DNA of 64,000 nt from Leptogorgia sarmentosa (taxonomy: Eukaryota): NCBI GenBank assembly GCA_964658305.1, contig OZ210885.1, forward strand, positions 13,950,001-14,014,000, written 5' to 3'. Below are positions 43,501 to 56,544 of this stretch, one piece after another (positions within the stretch are counted from its first letter, which is position 1; each line of letters starts with the position of its first letter). The notes under the pieces were generated by a model. The model was not told the DNA's origin and did no database searches. It was given only the letters and a program-made list of their open reading frames with translations. Made by a program: the position numbers and the translations under genes.

Positions 43501-44093
43501 TAGCCAAATTTAGAGACTGGGGCATTAACGTGGCTTGGCCCGCTGCGTGGGCCTCTTTACACCTGTGGCGCTTTGTGCGGTCAGTGCAAGATACTTCCTG
43601 GCTGTCTTTTCATGGGATCCTACCCACAGCTGACCGTTTGGTCCGCTTTGGCATGAGGGTTGATCCGCTGTGCTATTGTGGAGAGCAAGAGAATCTACTC
43701 CACCTATTCACCTCTTGCCCATTCACTACCTCCATCCTCGACTGGTTCCAGTCAGTTTTCTGTAAATTTCGGCCAAATGCGCCCTCACTGCCAGTGAGTG
43801 CTATTTTATTTGGGTTCCCTCCCACTAGCCATGTGCCCGCTGTCTTTACTGCATTGCTGGGTGTTCTTCGCCACAGCATTTGGCTCAATCGCAACGCCCA
43901 ACGTTTTGACCACGTTGCACCTGACGTTACCACCACCCTGAAGAAAGCAAAAACCTCCTTCCGCTTTCTCGTGCGTATGCACAAGCGGCATTGTCCTCGC
44001 GATCAATTTATTCACGAGTGGCTGGCAGACGGTGTGATTGGCTCATTAACAGAGCAAGATTGGATCCGATTTACCAGGGATTTTATCACCTGA
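40542..44093 (+). CDS. Family C ORF2 (1183 aa): APE - RT - CCHC, intact
   Basis: ITLNIQGLR, LQETH, GDFN, SDH, KSPGLDG, QGCPLSP, QYADD, CYC...HLFTSC. Confidence 0.95.
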   Translation: MMDNQQLSLITLNIQGLRNPRNRKTFFSWLNCAKPDIIALQETHCRSVEEFQSWLDTESHENNNLQHYKVESSPGSIRSAGVALLYKPIFKIEKVTKDSDGRLIVACFKHINLESVFQVVNIYGPNQKNPGIEFFSSLHQKIDPALPTILCGDFNVAVDPRVDRLGCNPDSHWAYNWPASLSSLTNRCDLVDTWRLHHPNERAYTWRRANGSQASRLDMFWISSSLHEHVSEVSILPFFRSDHSYVFLRVAFPTLPERGPGVWKLNTSLLRDETLCAEVRSFWVSWRSEKETFPSLAVWWDAGKARLKDKIRQFSRGKAKSRRSSTHNLEATLEQLHRRETNGEDVAHLIKETKDMLELEHLHAAEGARIRSKEQWAEEGETSSAFFFRQEKARASRRLFTGIRDAHGTIVRSVSAILRVWCLFYVQLFSASLLSPSDASFFINSLDKSLSSDEAQLCEGEVTLPECQRALNSFKNNKSPGLDGLPYEFYQSFWDILGPDLVNVYNDCLARGALSFSQRTGLISLLFKKNDRLDVKNWRPISLLCTDYKILSKVLTNRLKIVLSSVISDSQACGVPGRFSGLNVRTLQDVVNFCNRSKIGGAIISLDQEKAFDRVDWGFMLRTLEKMNFGPSFCAWVKLLYTNIFSRVLVNGFVSDAFTITRGVRQGCPLSPLMYIIVAETISSAIKKDLNIDGFAMFNGETIKIFQYADDTSVIVHCERALQSLFSLFEQYEQASGAKLNITKSHGLLFGSWKNRVDLPVQLNWSSDAITVLGCRVANVESADWDTLVTKLEQQLSLWKQRQLSFRGRALIVNTLGLSLFWYQATIFDMPKMTVAKINKIIFPFVWSKKREWMARTSVVQPIGEGGLNIVDISNKILSIRAVWLRRFLLNNTHPWSCFFSHHIEAAFGHPVADVLARDPIPAYLIKKLPPCYRGVLSSWVLLKGRIEQGEWVIPRPSGQLLPLSELTAHTGYSLLRRSSTVEHRSVAKFRDWGINVAWPAAWASLHLWRFVRSVQDTSWLSFHGILPTADRLVRFGMRVDPLCYCGEQENLLHLFTSCPFTTSILDWFQSVFCKFRPNAPSLPVSAILFGFPPTSHVPAVFTALLGVLRHSIWLNRNAQRFDHVAPDVTTTLKKAKTSFRFLVRMHKRHCPRDQFIHEWLADGVIGSLTEQDWIRFTRDFIT

Positions 44094-44896
44094 TCCCTTT
44101 CCTTTCCTCTTTTCCTCTTTTCGTTCCTTATGTTCTATGTAGTGGTCTAGGGGCACGATGGTCGCCTTCACTGGTTGTACTGTCGTCGCCTTCTGGACTC
44201 GTTTGTCCTTTTGTTTCGTTGTCTTGGACTGGACAGCACAATTGTTTTATGTTAAATGTTGGTCGTCCGGCCCTTCTACATCGGCCTCTTCTTCTCGCCC
44301 TAGAGACCTTCGGGAGAAGTTGAGGAAGAAGGCTCCTAAGCCCACAGGGCAGCCTGCTGAGACCACTGTGACGTCTCCGACTGTGGAGCATTTGAAGCGC
44401 AAATCCTTTGATTTTGCGCTTCCAATACCCTATGCCCGCCCACGTCCCCTTGGGAAGTCATCATCCAAGTCACCTAAGGGTGTTAGGGCCAACTCCGCCA
44501 GGGATGTTCCTTTTTCCTATTCCTCCTCGAGTAGTGAGGATGAAGAGGGTATAGTGTGCAAGAGTGTATCCCTAACCCCAACCCGAGCCCTCCTAGTCCA
44601 ACTGCCACTCCTGAGGCCATGGAGGCGGAGGCTGACGTGAACAAGTGTTTGAGTGGTGATACGGTAGTTCATCCGATCATCGCTCAAGAATCTGGGTCTG
44701 CTCCTGCCGCTCCTGAGCCAGCCGGTTCCCCGGAGCGTATGGACAATGCTCCCGTGCCTCCTCTGGCTGAGGTGGACGATGATAATGCTGCCTCGCAGGA
44801 TCCTCCTGCAGTGGATGTCTCGTCTCAACAGTCTGAGTCACCCCCTGATCTTTTCGAGGCACTGGCATCGATCCGTGAAGCCTCACTGTCTAGTCT

Positions 44897-47800
44897 AGTT
44901 TTATCTTATTGGACGGTGACGAATGTCAAATGAAGAAAATAGCAGCTATAGTAATACAGCCAACTAATAACCGACATCATCCTTTTCGGTATCACCCCAA
45001 GAACAGACCACCACGAAGAAAACCACAACAATCAAAGTATCCTGGAGACCACTGGCACAGCTACCTAGACCTGGTCTCGAGAATAACCAGGGAATAAATG
45101 TCAAAAATCGTAATCGTGCACCCATTCCTAATCTCAACAACAATATTCCTGTAAGAATAACTCATCGACCAGAGCTGACTAAAGAAGTCTATCGTAGTCT
45201 AACTAATCATAGAGTACTAAGAAAGGTCCCTTATCGTAAATTTTACAGCATACCAGCGATCTTATCAGCAAATGTTAGGGGAATTGTAAAGAAAGTTGAC
45301 GAGATTCAACAAGTTGCTGAACCTAATAACATCAATGTAATATGTATAACCGAGACATGGTTGTCTCCAAATGTGCCAGATTCTTCTGTCGCTATCCCGG
45401 GATACAATCTATTTCGGAAGGACCGACTGAATACAATAGGAGGAGGAGCGTGCATTTATTTAAATAATACAATTCCCTGTAAGAGGCTAGAGCAATGTAA
45501 CGAAGAAGGAGTTGAATCTGTATGGATTTCAATTAGACCCTATTGTTTACCAAGGAATATAACATCCATAACACTGTCAGTAATATACCATACGACTTCT
45601 AATCGCGAATCTGAGAATATTATTCTCCGACAACATATTCGGCGTAACCTTGACAACCTATTAACTAATCAGCCTAATGCGCTTGTAATACTTACTGGCG
45701 ACTTTAATCCAACGTCAACTGGATTGAAATCGAAAGATCTGACTCAAACAAATCATCTCAAACAACTTGTCACCTTTAAGACAAGGGATTCTGGTATCCT
45801 GGATTGGTTCCTGACAAATCGGACTGGATTATTTGAATTGTCTCAGTTACCTAAAATTGCATCTTCCGATCATTTCACAATACTGGCGAAACCACTTCTA
45901 GGACCTAAGAAGAACAATGTAACCAAAAAAATTATTTCTCGTGATATGAGGGATAGTGCCTGGCGTGAGTTTGGTCGATGGATAACCCAGAAAGATTGGA
46001 GCCCAGTTCTTAATACTTCCTCCTGCGAAGACAAATTCCAACTATTCATCACAGAGCTAAAGCAAGGTGTCGATCGCTATCTCCCACAAAGGACAGTAAA
46101 AGTTCACCAAACAGATCGTCCATGGATGACAAATAAACTCAAGATATGGATCAGAAAACGCCAAACCGCATTCCAAAGACATGGTAAAAACTCGTCCATT
46201 TATAAACACTGGAGGAATAAAATTCAAAGGGAAATTAAAGAGGCCAAGTCACATTATTATAAACATAAAGTTGCAGAATTGGGACAGACTAACCCCCGGA
46301 AAAGGTGGAAACAAATAAAAAGTCTTATGGGACAAGACATTCAACAGGAGTGGCATTATCAATTTCTTGGTGACAATGGGAATGTTAAGATACTCGCAGA
46401 TATAATCAATGACTTCTTCTTGAGCATAACTGAGAACTTTTCACCGTTATCGCCTCTCAATCCAATTCAGCATGCCCCCAATGAGTTCCTTGTCTCGGAA
46501 GCAGAGGTTTATCGATCACTGTCATCTCTACAAGTAGCCAAATCTGTTGGACCGGATGAACTCCCAAATAAAGTACTAAAGGAATTTGCTATGGAGCTCT
46601 CTCCTGTCATTCAAGATATTTACAATCAGTCCATTAAGGAATCATATATCCCAGATTTACTTAAATCTTCAATTATATCTCCTATACCGAAAGTAACTCC
46701 ACCACAATCAATGGACCAATTGCATAATAGACAAAATTTTTAAAAAGTTCGAAATAGTACAATTCATAACAATAGCGTGAAAGAGTATCCCAAAATTAGT
46801 AAAATGGCAAAGTTTGGGTGCGAAATGTTGTAAAATACGGAAAATATAACCGTGCGAAATTGGCAAATTTGTATACATTTGTATTACGTGCGAAATGAAC
46901 TAACTAATTTAGTTAGCAATTCACGCACGTAATAGAAAAGTATACAAATTTTCCCTACTTTGCACGGTTATATTTTCCGTATTTTACAACATTTTGCACC
47001 CAAACTTTGCAATTTTAGTAATTTTGGGATGGTCTTTCACGCTATTGTTATGAATTGTACTATTTCGAACTTTTTATGAATTTTGCCTATTATGCAATTG
47101 GTCCATTGAGAGTGACTTACGTCCAATATCCCTAACATGCAATTTGACTAAAATTATGGAAGGATTTTTCTGTAGGAGACTTCTATCACAGTTGACAAGA
47201 AAAATTGACCCCCGTCAGTTTGCTCGTAAGGGTCACTCCACTACGGATGCACTACTATTTTTGCTTCAGCCCGTCTACGAGGCCCTCGATAGCGGAAATG
47301 CCTGTGCTCGGTTCTTTTTTGCCGACTTTAGCAAAGGGTTCGACCGTATTGACCACCACATTCTCATGCAGAAGCTGATGGAATTGGATATCCATCCTGT
47401 CTTATATAATTGGATTAATGCTTTTCTTTGTAAAAGAAAACAGGCTGTTAGAATAGGGGGGACTTTGTCAGACTGGAAATCCCCAAATGGTGGTATACCT
47501 CAGGGAACTAAACTTGGTGTTATTCTTTTCTCGGTTATGACAAATAAGCTAATAACTGACTGGCATTTAAGGACAAAGTTTGTCGATGACACAGCTGCGC
47601 TAGAGATTATTCCCAGGAACTCAATTAGTTATCTCAACCATACGGTAGATGAACTACATCAATTCTCTGTCAATCATAACATGAGTCTCAACCCACTTAA
47701 ATGCAAGGAAATGGTAATCAATTTTATGAATAATAACAACTCCATAATAAGGCCTTTTGTAATAGGCAGCAACGTAGTAGAAAGAGTAACCAATTATAAA

Positions 47801-48564
47801 TTACTTGGAGTTCAATTGAGTGAGGATCTCAAGTGGAATAAACACGTTGATTATATCTACAAAAAAGCTTGCAAGAAGTTATATTCCCTCCGCGTACTTT
47901 GTAGAGCTGGCGTTGAGCAAAGAAATATACTAAAAGTGTACCTAACTACTATCAGACCCGTATTGGAATATGCAGTCCCAATATGGCAAGCGATCACTGA
48001 CTATTTAAGTGAAAGAATAGAATCAATACAGACAAGGGCACTTCGAATCATCTTCCCCTCCATAGACAATTATAATGAGGCGATGATAATGGCACAGATA
48101 CCAACATTGGAGAGCAGACGCGACCTGTTATGTAAAAAATACATGACTAAAATGAAGAAGGAGGATCATCCCCTGCATTTCATGCTCCCAAAACATATGA
48201 TAAGCGAATGCAGGTATAGCCTATGAAATGGGCAAGACAATACTATTTTATTTAAGGACACAATTAAATGTAGAACTTTAAGATCCGAACAATTTTTTAC
48301 TTTTAAATACTTTTGAATATTCTTAAATATCCCTAATTATACTTAGTTTTATAATTTTATCTACTATGTAAATATAACTCTAGTAATACTCTGAGCCTAT
48401 AAATATTGTGATTATGTAAATACATATAGCCATAAATATAGTCAATGTTGTAAATATAGTAATTTAACATAGCCTTAGTAATACCATGCATGGACTCGTT
48501 AATTCAGTGTAATTACTGCAAGAGAGTTCCAATAAACATCAAATCAAATCAAATCAAATCAAAT
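44897..48564 (+). mobile_element. L2/CR1-group LINE with (CAAAT)n tail
   Basis: ITETWL, GDFN, SDH (to 46743); DFSKGFD, GIPQGTKLG, KFVDD (47144-48226); AATAAA then (CAAAT)5. Confidence 0.85.
46713..47104. mobile_element. Fold-back MITE (392 bp), 2-bp AT duplication
   Basis: Whole element is an imperfect palindrome GGACCAATTGCATAATAG...CTATTATGCAATTGGTCC; its removal restores LINE codons PQSIESDLRPISLT. Confidence 0.9.
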
Positions 48565-50187
48565 AAGAATCCGGCTCGCAACACTTTTTTCTCTTCAATT
48601 CCTGGACTCATAGCTCTTACCAGGCCCACATTTGTTTGTGGTGATTTTAATTCTGTGCTGGACGATGATCGGGATAGGCTTCGGCGTGCTTGTTACACTG
48701 GTGCTGCCTCTTCGCGCGCCCAGGAAAGTGGCCCGGCTTTGCAGGCCCTACTATCTCATACACAGACATATCCGGTGTGGCGTACATTACATCCCACGCA
48801 GAAGGCTTATTCCTGGACCCATGGGTCCGGAACCTTTGCATCGCGCATCGATATTGTCTGGGCCCCGACTTGTCTGGAACAGTCTATTAGGGAATGTGAA
48901 TATCATCCCTCCTTTTTATCCGATCATCAGTACTTGCTGGTCAAGTTCGAATTTGGTGATCGCATTGTTAGTGGTCCTGGAGTGTGGAAGTTCAATACTT
49001 CCCTCCTGGACGACGAAACCTATTGCTCCCTTGTCACTTCATTTTGGTCCTTCTGGCAGGCCCATTATACACCTGAGGCCTGTCCCTCCATTTTGGATTG
49101 GTGGGACCAAGGGAAATTCTACCTTCATGAAGTGACACGCACTTTTAGTCGGTCAAAGGAGCTGGACCGGCGCGAACATAAATCCTTCCTGACCAAGCAA
49201 ATGCACAGACTGCAACGCCTTTTTGAAGCAGGGAATACCTCTGCATTCGCTAAGCTTTGCGAGGTACAGGAAGAGCTCCGAGGCATTGCTTTGCATGAAG
49301 CAAGAGGGGCACAAGTTCGTGCTCGCTGTCAGTGGGCTGAGGAGGGGGAAACTTCCTCCTCCTTCTTTCTCAATTTAGCCACTAAGCATCATGCAAAGCA
49401 GGAGATGCACTCCATTCGAGACCCCAACACCGGTTCCGTGCGCCACGACCCTTTTGAGATATTGGACGCCTGGCGACGGTATTACACCGGACTCTTTACT
49501 GTGGCACCCTGCGATACATCTGCTCAGGATGAGATGCTGTCAAAGCTGTCTCGCCGTCTTAGTAAGGAGGAACGTGCATGTTGTGAGGGTCTTCTCTCTT
49601 TAGAGGAGTGCTTTACTGCCCTGTCGGGTATGGCCAGGGGAAAGACTCTGGGTTCCGATGGCTTTACCATGGAGTTTTTCCTCAAGTTTTGGTCATGCCT
49701 TGGCGCTGATCTGGTTCGTGTCCTCAATGTTGCTTACGTGGCCAGCCAGCTTTCCACCTCTCAGCGTCGAGGTTTGATCATTGTATTATACAAAAAGAAT
49801 GACCGCTTGGAGACAAAGAACTGGCGGCCGATTAGTCTGCTTAATGCAGACTATAAAATAGCTACTCACGCTATTTCGGGTCGTCTTCTAGCCGTCATCG
49901 GGTCTGTTGTAGGGCCAGATCAGATATGCAGTGTTCCAGGGCGTACTATCTCAGAGAACCTCTTTCTGATCCGTGATCTATTTGAGTATGCGGAGCATGA
50001 GGACATTCCCCTCGCTCTGCTCTCTATGGATCAAGAAAAAGCATTTGATCGGGTCGATTGGGGTTTTCTTTTACGGACTCTGGACACCATGAATTTTGGT
50101 TCGGATTTCTGCTGATGGGTAAAATTGTTTTACTCCGACATAGAATTGGTTGTTGTCATCAATGGCTGGACCTCCTCCTTTTTCCAG

Positions 50188-50975
50188 TGAGTGTGTGTGG
50201 CCAGGACTTCTAGCATGAGGCAAAGACCAAAGGGTAACCTGCGGAACCCTTCCGAAGGCCGAATCGCCGAGACCACTCGCCAGGATGGAAACAAGTGAAC
50301 TGCGCATGTGCAGTGTCACAACAACAGCTCGAAGGCCACGATCCCTGCGAATTGACATTCGCTATATTCATGAAAACAACGAGAACGATACGAGCTTCCT
50401 AACACGCGAAGCTACTAAAAGCTGTGCATGATGAAGGAATTAAAAAAGAAGACCTTCAGGGTCTCGAAATCCAAGGGAAACACACCGCCTACGTGGTTTT
50501 TAAAACCTTCGGAACACGTAACAAGTTCCTCAACAAAAAGATTACCGCACAAGGACAACGACTTACCCTCGATCACCTGAACCCGACCTTCAACCGTTAA
50601 CACACCACACTGGTGCATGTTTACAATTACCCTATTGACAGTGAGACACACGACCTAACCACGGTATTGGGCCAATACGGCAAACCCGCCGGCCACGTCA
50701 CAATTGTAAATGACAGCTACGGACTGGGCACAGGGGAATGAACAATAGTAATGGAAATCAAAAAGGACATCCCATCATACGTTTTTGTCAGCAAACACCA
50801 GGTACACATACGGTACTACCAACAACCGCAAACATGCCGAAAATGCTACAAAACGGGCCACATTGCATGAGACTGCATTGAAGATGCAACATGCAGAGAG
50901 TGCAGAGCCACTGACCATACACGGCGCGAATGCCCTCAGAAGATCTGCTTCCACTGTGGGGAAAAATATAAAAAA
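50188..50975 (+). pseudogene. Decayed ORF1 of an unrelated L1/Tx1-like element with three zinc knuckles
   Basis: Manual translation: TLVHVYNYP...MEIKKDIPSY...YYQQPQTCRKCYKTGHIA*DC...CRECRATDHTRREC...CFHCG. Confidence 0.7.
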
Positions 50976-51615
50976 AGATTGACGGTTTCGCCTTGCCTGG
51001 AGGTGAGGCAGTGAAAATCTTCCAGTATGCGGATGACACCAGTATACTCGTTCAATCTGATCGTGCTTCACAGGCCTTGTTTTCTTTGTTTGAGAGGTAT
51101 GAACGGGCATCTGGTGCCAGACTGAATGTTGCAAAGAGTCATGGCCTTTTAGTTGGGTCTTGGAAGCAGCGGGTCAATTTGCCGATTGAGCTGAATTGGT
51201 CCAATGATTTTATTACTGTTTTGGGGTGCCGGATCAGTAATGATGAGGTTGACTGGACATCATTGCTCGGCCGGTTTCAAGGCCAATTGGCTTTGTGGAA
51301 ACAGCGCCAGTTGTCGTTCCGGGGGCGTGCGTTAATCGCAAATGTACTGGGACTTTCCATTTTTTGGTATCAGGCCACCATTTTTGATGTACCCAAGTCC
51401 GTTGTTAATGCCATCAATAAGATCCTTTTTCCCTTTGTGTGGGGGAATAAATGTGAATGGATTGCTCGTTCTTCTGACACACGGCCCACATCCCACGGTG
51501 GGTTGGGTGTGATCGACGTGGCACGTAAAATCTCCTCATTGAGGGCTGTCTGGTTCCGACGATACTTGTCGGCCTGTCCTCATCCTTGGTCGGTATTTTT
51601 TACTCATCATGTGAC
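50976..51615 (+). pseudogene. Tx1 RT fragment, C-related subfamily
   Basis: KIFQYADDTS, SGARLNVAKS, LSFRGRALIAN; fused to U2-U1 spacer sequence. Confidence 0.8.
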
Positions 51616-51891
51616 CACGAATTATACTTGCATGGTAAGAAGCAGCCTGACACATTCATGTTATAATAGTCTTGGGTAGCTCGCTGGCCAACAAAGCAGC
51701 ATCACTGTTCATGAGATTTACATTCCTGGATTTTTTTCTAAACTTGTATTGAATATGGTCGAGAATTGTTGGAACATGCAAACATGGTGCAGTCCGAGAG
51801 ATTGACAGACAAACTCATCCCCATGTATTCGTTTCACAAGAATTCCTCGCGGTTGCAGCGTATAAAAGGTAATCATATGTGCCATGAAGTC

Positions 51892-51973
51892 ATACTTAAG
51901 GTACCACCCCTAAGGTGGGTAACTCGAGCATATAATTTCTGGTAGTGGGGACCTGTGTTCGCGCTCGTCCCCT
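51892..51973 (+). pseudogene. U1: U1 snRNA pseudogene with internal deletion
   Basis: U1 upstream region + ATACTTA joined to SL III, Sm site TAATTTCTGG and SL IV. Confidence 0.85.
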
Positions 51974-52053
51974 TAATCCTTATCCTCATCTTATTATTCC
52001 CATTTAAATACTCAAAACTGACTCAACATCCTAGTATGTTGAAGGGACAACAA

Positions 52054-52619
52054 CAAATCAAATCAAATCAAATCGCTTTATATCTACAGTATCGCTTTAA
52101 ATCTACAGTATTTACACATATATAATAAGAATAAGAGTGACAAGTGACAATAATACAAATCAGTTACAATTAACGTTATCTATACAATGACAATTAACAC
52201 TTAGACTTTACAGTTACTAAGACACTACATACTAGCTACTGATTTACAAGATTGTCGTGCGGGAGACCGTTCATACAGAAAATAAATTGTCAATTTCTCT
52301 CTGAAATTGATTAAGAGAGCCTATTGCTCGAATATTTTGAGGTAACTCATTCCACAACAATGCTCCGCTTTAGCTAAAACATTGTTTGCCATAGTTCGTA
52401 CGCGGTTTTGGCACAAATAAACTGTTTTCTGAGTTTCTCAAATTGTATCCTGTGCTGCGGGATTCAAACAATTCGCGGAGATAATATGAAGTTAAATCAT
52501 TAATTGTTTTAAACATCAATATAGCTTTGTGCTTTTTTCTTCGTATTAGAAGATTATCCCATCCCAGTCTACCAAACAGTTCGCTGGAGCTAGTATCATG
52601 TCGAGATTTGGTGATGACC
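52054..52619 (-). mobile_element. 3' fragment of L2/CR1-group LINE
   Basis: LGWDNL...YNLRNS...PKPRTNYGK on minus strand; (ATTTG)n tail near 52054-52074. Confidence 0.75.
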
Positions 52620-55600
52620 AACAGCTTCAATCCAGCCGAAACCCGCCCCATTCAAGGAATGTACCGCCACTCCAAGAAGCGTGCTGCACAGAAAATCCTT
52701 TCCACCAACTCCATATCCTATTCTGGCACTACGGACGATGCCCTAACCTTCTTCGGCAACGTCTTTGCCGCCCGACCCTGTGCAAGATCCTTGCTCTCGT
52801 GTTTAACCGTTGCATGACGGAATCCAACATACCCAAGGCCTGGAAGGACGCCTGTACAATCCTCATACACAAAAAACACGACCCCTCCGACCCGGCAAAT
52901 TTCCAACCCATCCCCCTCATGTCCTGCATTTATAAACTGTTCATGGGAACCCTGGGCAATCCACGACGGCATACTTTCACAAGAACAAAAAAGTGCCCGC
53001 CCATCCGATGGCTGCTACGAGCACACATGCCTTCTCAAATCCATCATCAGCGATACTCATGTGAATAAGAGGACAACGTACCTGGCCTGGCTCGACTTGC
53101 ATAACGCCTTTTGGAAGGATCCCCCACCCGGCTATTCGAACCACCCTCCAACACATCGGTGTTCCAGAGCGAGCCCCTCGTAGCCCTTATAACGAACGTG
53201 TACAATGAGGCCAGCACCACCATGCGCACTTCCACCGACTCGACTGAACCCATTCCCATTCGCTCCGGAGTGAAACAAGGTTGCCCTCTCAGCGCCATAC
53301 TTTTCAACCTATGCATCGAGCTCATTATCCGGTCCATCAAAATGAAAGCCACCACCCTCCCATGCAACCAGTCCTTGTCCTTCCACAACACACCAGTATC
53401 CTGCCTCGCCTACGCTGATGACCTGGTACTCCTGGGACGAAGTAAAGAAACCCTACAAACCTACCTCGACATTGCCTCCAATACTGCCTCCATCCTTGGA
53501 CTCGAATTTCGCCCTGACAAGTGTGCCACCCTAGTCTTTGTCAATTGCAAAGGTGAACCTGTCCGTATCGACCCACATGTGTTCATTAAATAATCTTTAT
53601 TATTAAATAATCTTTATACAGGATAAAAACATCAGTATTTACAAATATATACAAAATAGGTACACAACGTGTACATGTATCTGCGTGTAAACGTGAAACA
53701 TATTCAATACTTGATATAAGCTTTCATGACTATCTCGCATTCAGGAATTCGCGCGATCATATGAAATTGCATAATGAATTTAAACTTGACGAAATATGAT
53801 ATCGCATTTTATGCTATTGCGTCTTTAAAATAGAGACAGCGCTTTGCGATTGTTTGTGAAGAATGTGGCTTTCTAAAAACCAAATTTACTCTTTTCAAAA
53901 CCATATTATAATATATTTATATACACTATATTCTATCCATTGGTTCATGCAGCATTTGCCTAGACGCTCAAGTGCATGATCGGTATGCGCGTAGGTTCAA
54001 AACAGAATACTTGAAACTATATATTATGATTTGCTTTGTTTTGTCTCATTACAAGCTACAAAATCTATTTTCCTGGGATTGAATGTTTCAACCATTCAGT
54101 ATAGCGAAGCGGCAAAATATAGTAGATATTCCGTGATCACAATGACACCGCGTGCAGCCCAAACATGTACAAATGTGTCAGTGCCGACACGCTAAAGTAT
54201 TGTAGGGAAAATATACGCGCAATTTTGTCAAGACATAAACCTCTTTCATAACCTTAAATATATTCCCTGTGTGTGTTCAAGGTAATACAATGTATAATTG
54301 CGTCCATAGTAAACCTCTTTAATATCTTTAAAAGCAATGCCAATGTATGATTTGCGTTGTGATAATTTTGCGTATCTGGGTATAAATCTGCGGCACGCAG
54401 TGTCTCATTTCTATCCTACTTTTGATATCCAAATGACCCGTAAAACCTGCTGTAATTCTGTCATGTTTACACTTACCAGATCAAGATAGGTCTCCGTATA
54501 AAATGGCGACAAAAGTAGGATAGAAATGAGAAACAAGTACAATATTTTAAGCGATTTACCAACTTGCTCTTGCTTCGAAGTTCGAAGTATTTGCAAATGG
54601 CGGGACATCAGAATCGACATGCGAAAAGCTCTGCTCTGATTGGGTACAAGCTAACAGCACGAAGCTCTGATTGGCTAGAAGCTAACAGCACGAAGCTCTG
54701 GTTGGCTGCAAGCACGGTTACGGTTACAGTTACAGTTAGTTACAAGACGATAGCAATATATGATTGGCTAGAAGCTAACAGCACGAAGCTCTGGTTGGCT
54801 GCAAGCACGGTTACGGTTACAGTTACAGTTACAGTTAGTTAGAGATGCTAATCGATCTGTCTGAGTTTTGGTATGAGTAAGCTTGACTGGACCAGCATAG
54901 GTTAAAATTGGGAGTATCATCATGGTGTAGATCTTTGTTGCTGCATGACTATTCAGATAGTTTCTAACATTCTGTAGTAGTCTCATACGACTGCTTGCTC
55001 GTTTATAGGCTCGTTCAAAATTACTGTTCAGAGTGAGTGTACTCTCCAGGACATTTCCAAGGTACACATATTCTTTAACAAAAGAAATAAGTGTGCCGTT
55101 GTAATAGATTTTAAGTTCTCTTCCATTTTGACTCAATCTCAAAAAACAATTGCTTGAATCGTACCACCGTGCCCTCGTCCAAACCCTCCGTAACATCTGT
55201 GACATACCCAAACGATCGACACAGGCCTATTTCTTTGCCTCGAAGTGCTCCAGTGGCCTTGCACTGCAAGATCCAATGTCCGAGATTGACGCCCAATGCA
55301 TCGTCCAAGCTGTTCGAATCCTGTCCTCGTCTGACCCCACTACCGCCTCCATCGCTCGGGCTGACCTCCATGCCGTCGTCCGACGCACCACAAGCTCCAA
55401 CCCCTCACCAAACCTCATATCGAAACGCCTTATTTGCAGCACCGAAAACCCACTCGGCAACCTCAATTACACAAACTCGTCCTTGTGGTCCAGATGTCGC
55501 AAAGCCTGTCGACGCCTCAACATCCGTTTCGTGTTCTCGGATACCGAAGAACCCGCAATCTCCACCACAGATTCTGATCGCATCAAATCCAAGAATGTAA

Positions 55601-56497
55601 CCAGCTTCCTCCACCGCTACATCCAACAAAAACATTCCCAAAAACTCCTCGACCTACCTGACCAAGGCAAAGTAGCTCAATGTCTCTCCAACGACCGTTA
55701 TGCCAATGGCTCCACCTGGCACAGTACTGGATCGAACCTCCGATTCAAAGACTGGTGCTTCATTCATAAAGCCTGCCTGAATTGTCTGCCAACCAATTCT
55801 GTGAAAGCTCGATGGTCCAACACCTCCCCCACCTGTCGCCACTCTACCGACGCTGAGACTCTACGGCACATCATCAACCACTGCCGTCCAGATCTCGTGC
55901 ACATACGTACCCGACACAACAAATTAGTCACCCGCATCACAGATGCCATCCGCTTTGGCACCATTACCTCAGACCGCACCAATGCCTCATCTGATCTCCT
56001 CCTATGCCCAGACATCATCTTAGAAGAAGACGATCACACCTTAATTATTGACGTTACATGTCCCTTCGACAATGGTCCCGATGCCCTTGAGGAAGCTGCA
56101 CAGGCAAAGATCACCAAATACCTCCCGCTCAAAGAACATTGTCAGTCCAATGGAAAACCCTGTGAAATTCTCCCTTCTGTTGTTGGTTCCCTTGGATCCT
56201 GGCACCCTTCTAACAAACTCCTCCTGTCCAAACTCGGAATGACCCAACGCTGCCGAACGCTATTTTGCAAACTATGTTGTACGGATGCTATCCAAGGCTC
56301 GTGTGATGTCTATCGACTCCATATGGGATAGGATCACACAGCTGGGCTCTTAGGTCTTTTACACAGTGCACGTGACACGCATGCCTTTTATTTTTTCCAT
56401 TTAGACTCCACCTTTTATGTTTTCATTCCCCCTTATATACCTGCACACACGTAAGCCACTCGGGCACATGAACACTAGATACTCAGACTTGAGTCTA
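52620..56497 (+). mobile_element. Decayed RLE-type non-LTR retrotransposon (NeSL/Utopia-like), interrupted
   Basis: RT GVKQGCPLS, LAYADDL (53111-53590); C-terminal RFKDWCFIHKACLN, ETLRHIINHC, RHN, PDII, IIDVTCPFDNG, KY, VGSLGSW (to 56331); 3' end abuts U1 upstream region. Confidence 0.85.
53591..55155 (-). mobile_element. Composite insertion: minus-strand L2/CR1-like fragment plus unclassified AT-rich repeat
   Basis: YVYLGNVL...KRASSRMRLL...MILPILTY at 54841-55150; duplicated ~75-bp block with (GTTACA)n at 54670-54840. Confidence 0.6.
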
Positions 56498-56527
56498 ATA
56501 AAAGGTAATCGTATGCGCCATGAAGTC

Positions 56528-56544
56528 ATACTTACCTGACGCGA
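56528..56544 (+). ncRNA. U1: U1 snRNA 5' fragment (nt 1-17)
   Basis: ATACTTACCTGACGCGA. Confidence 0.9.

Larger units (their letters stand above)
38386..44261 (+). mobile_element. Family C copy 2: both ORFs intact, distal 3' UTR lost
   Basis: Same 5' junction as C copy 1; 3' UTR fused at ~44261 to family B ORF1 sequence. Confidence 0.92.
44262..50187 (+). mobile_element. Family B copy 4 fragments (44262-44896 ORF1 part; 48560-50187 ORF2 part) split by a LINE
   Basis: DLREKLRKK...QDPPAVD before the LINE; NKNPARN...DQEKAFDRV after it. Confidence 0.82.
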
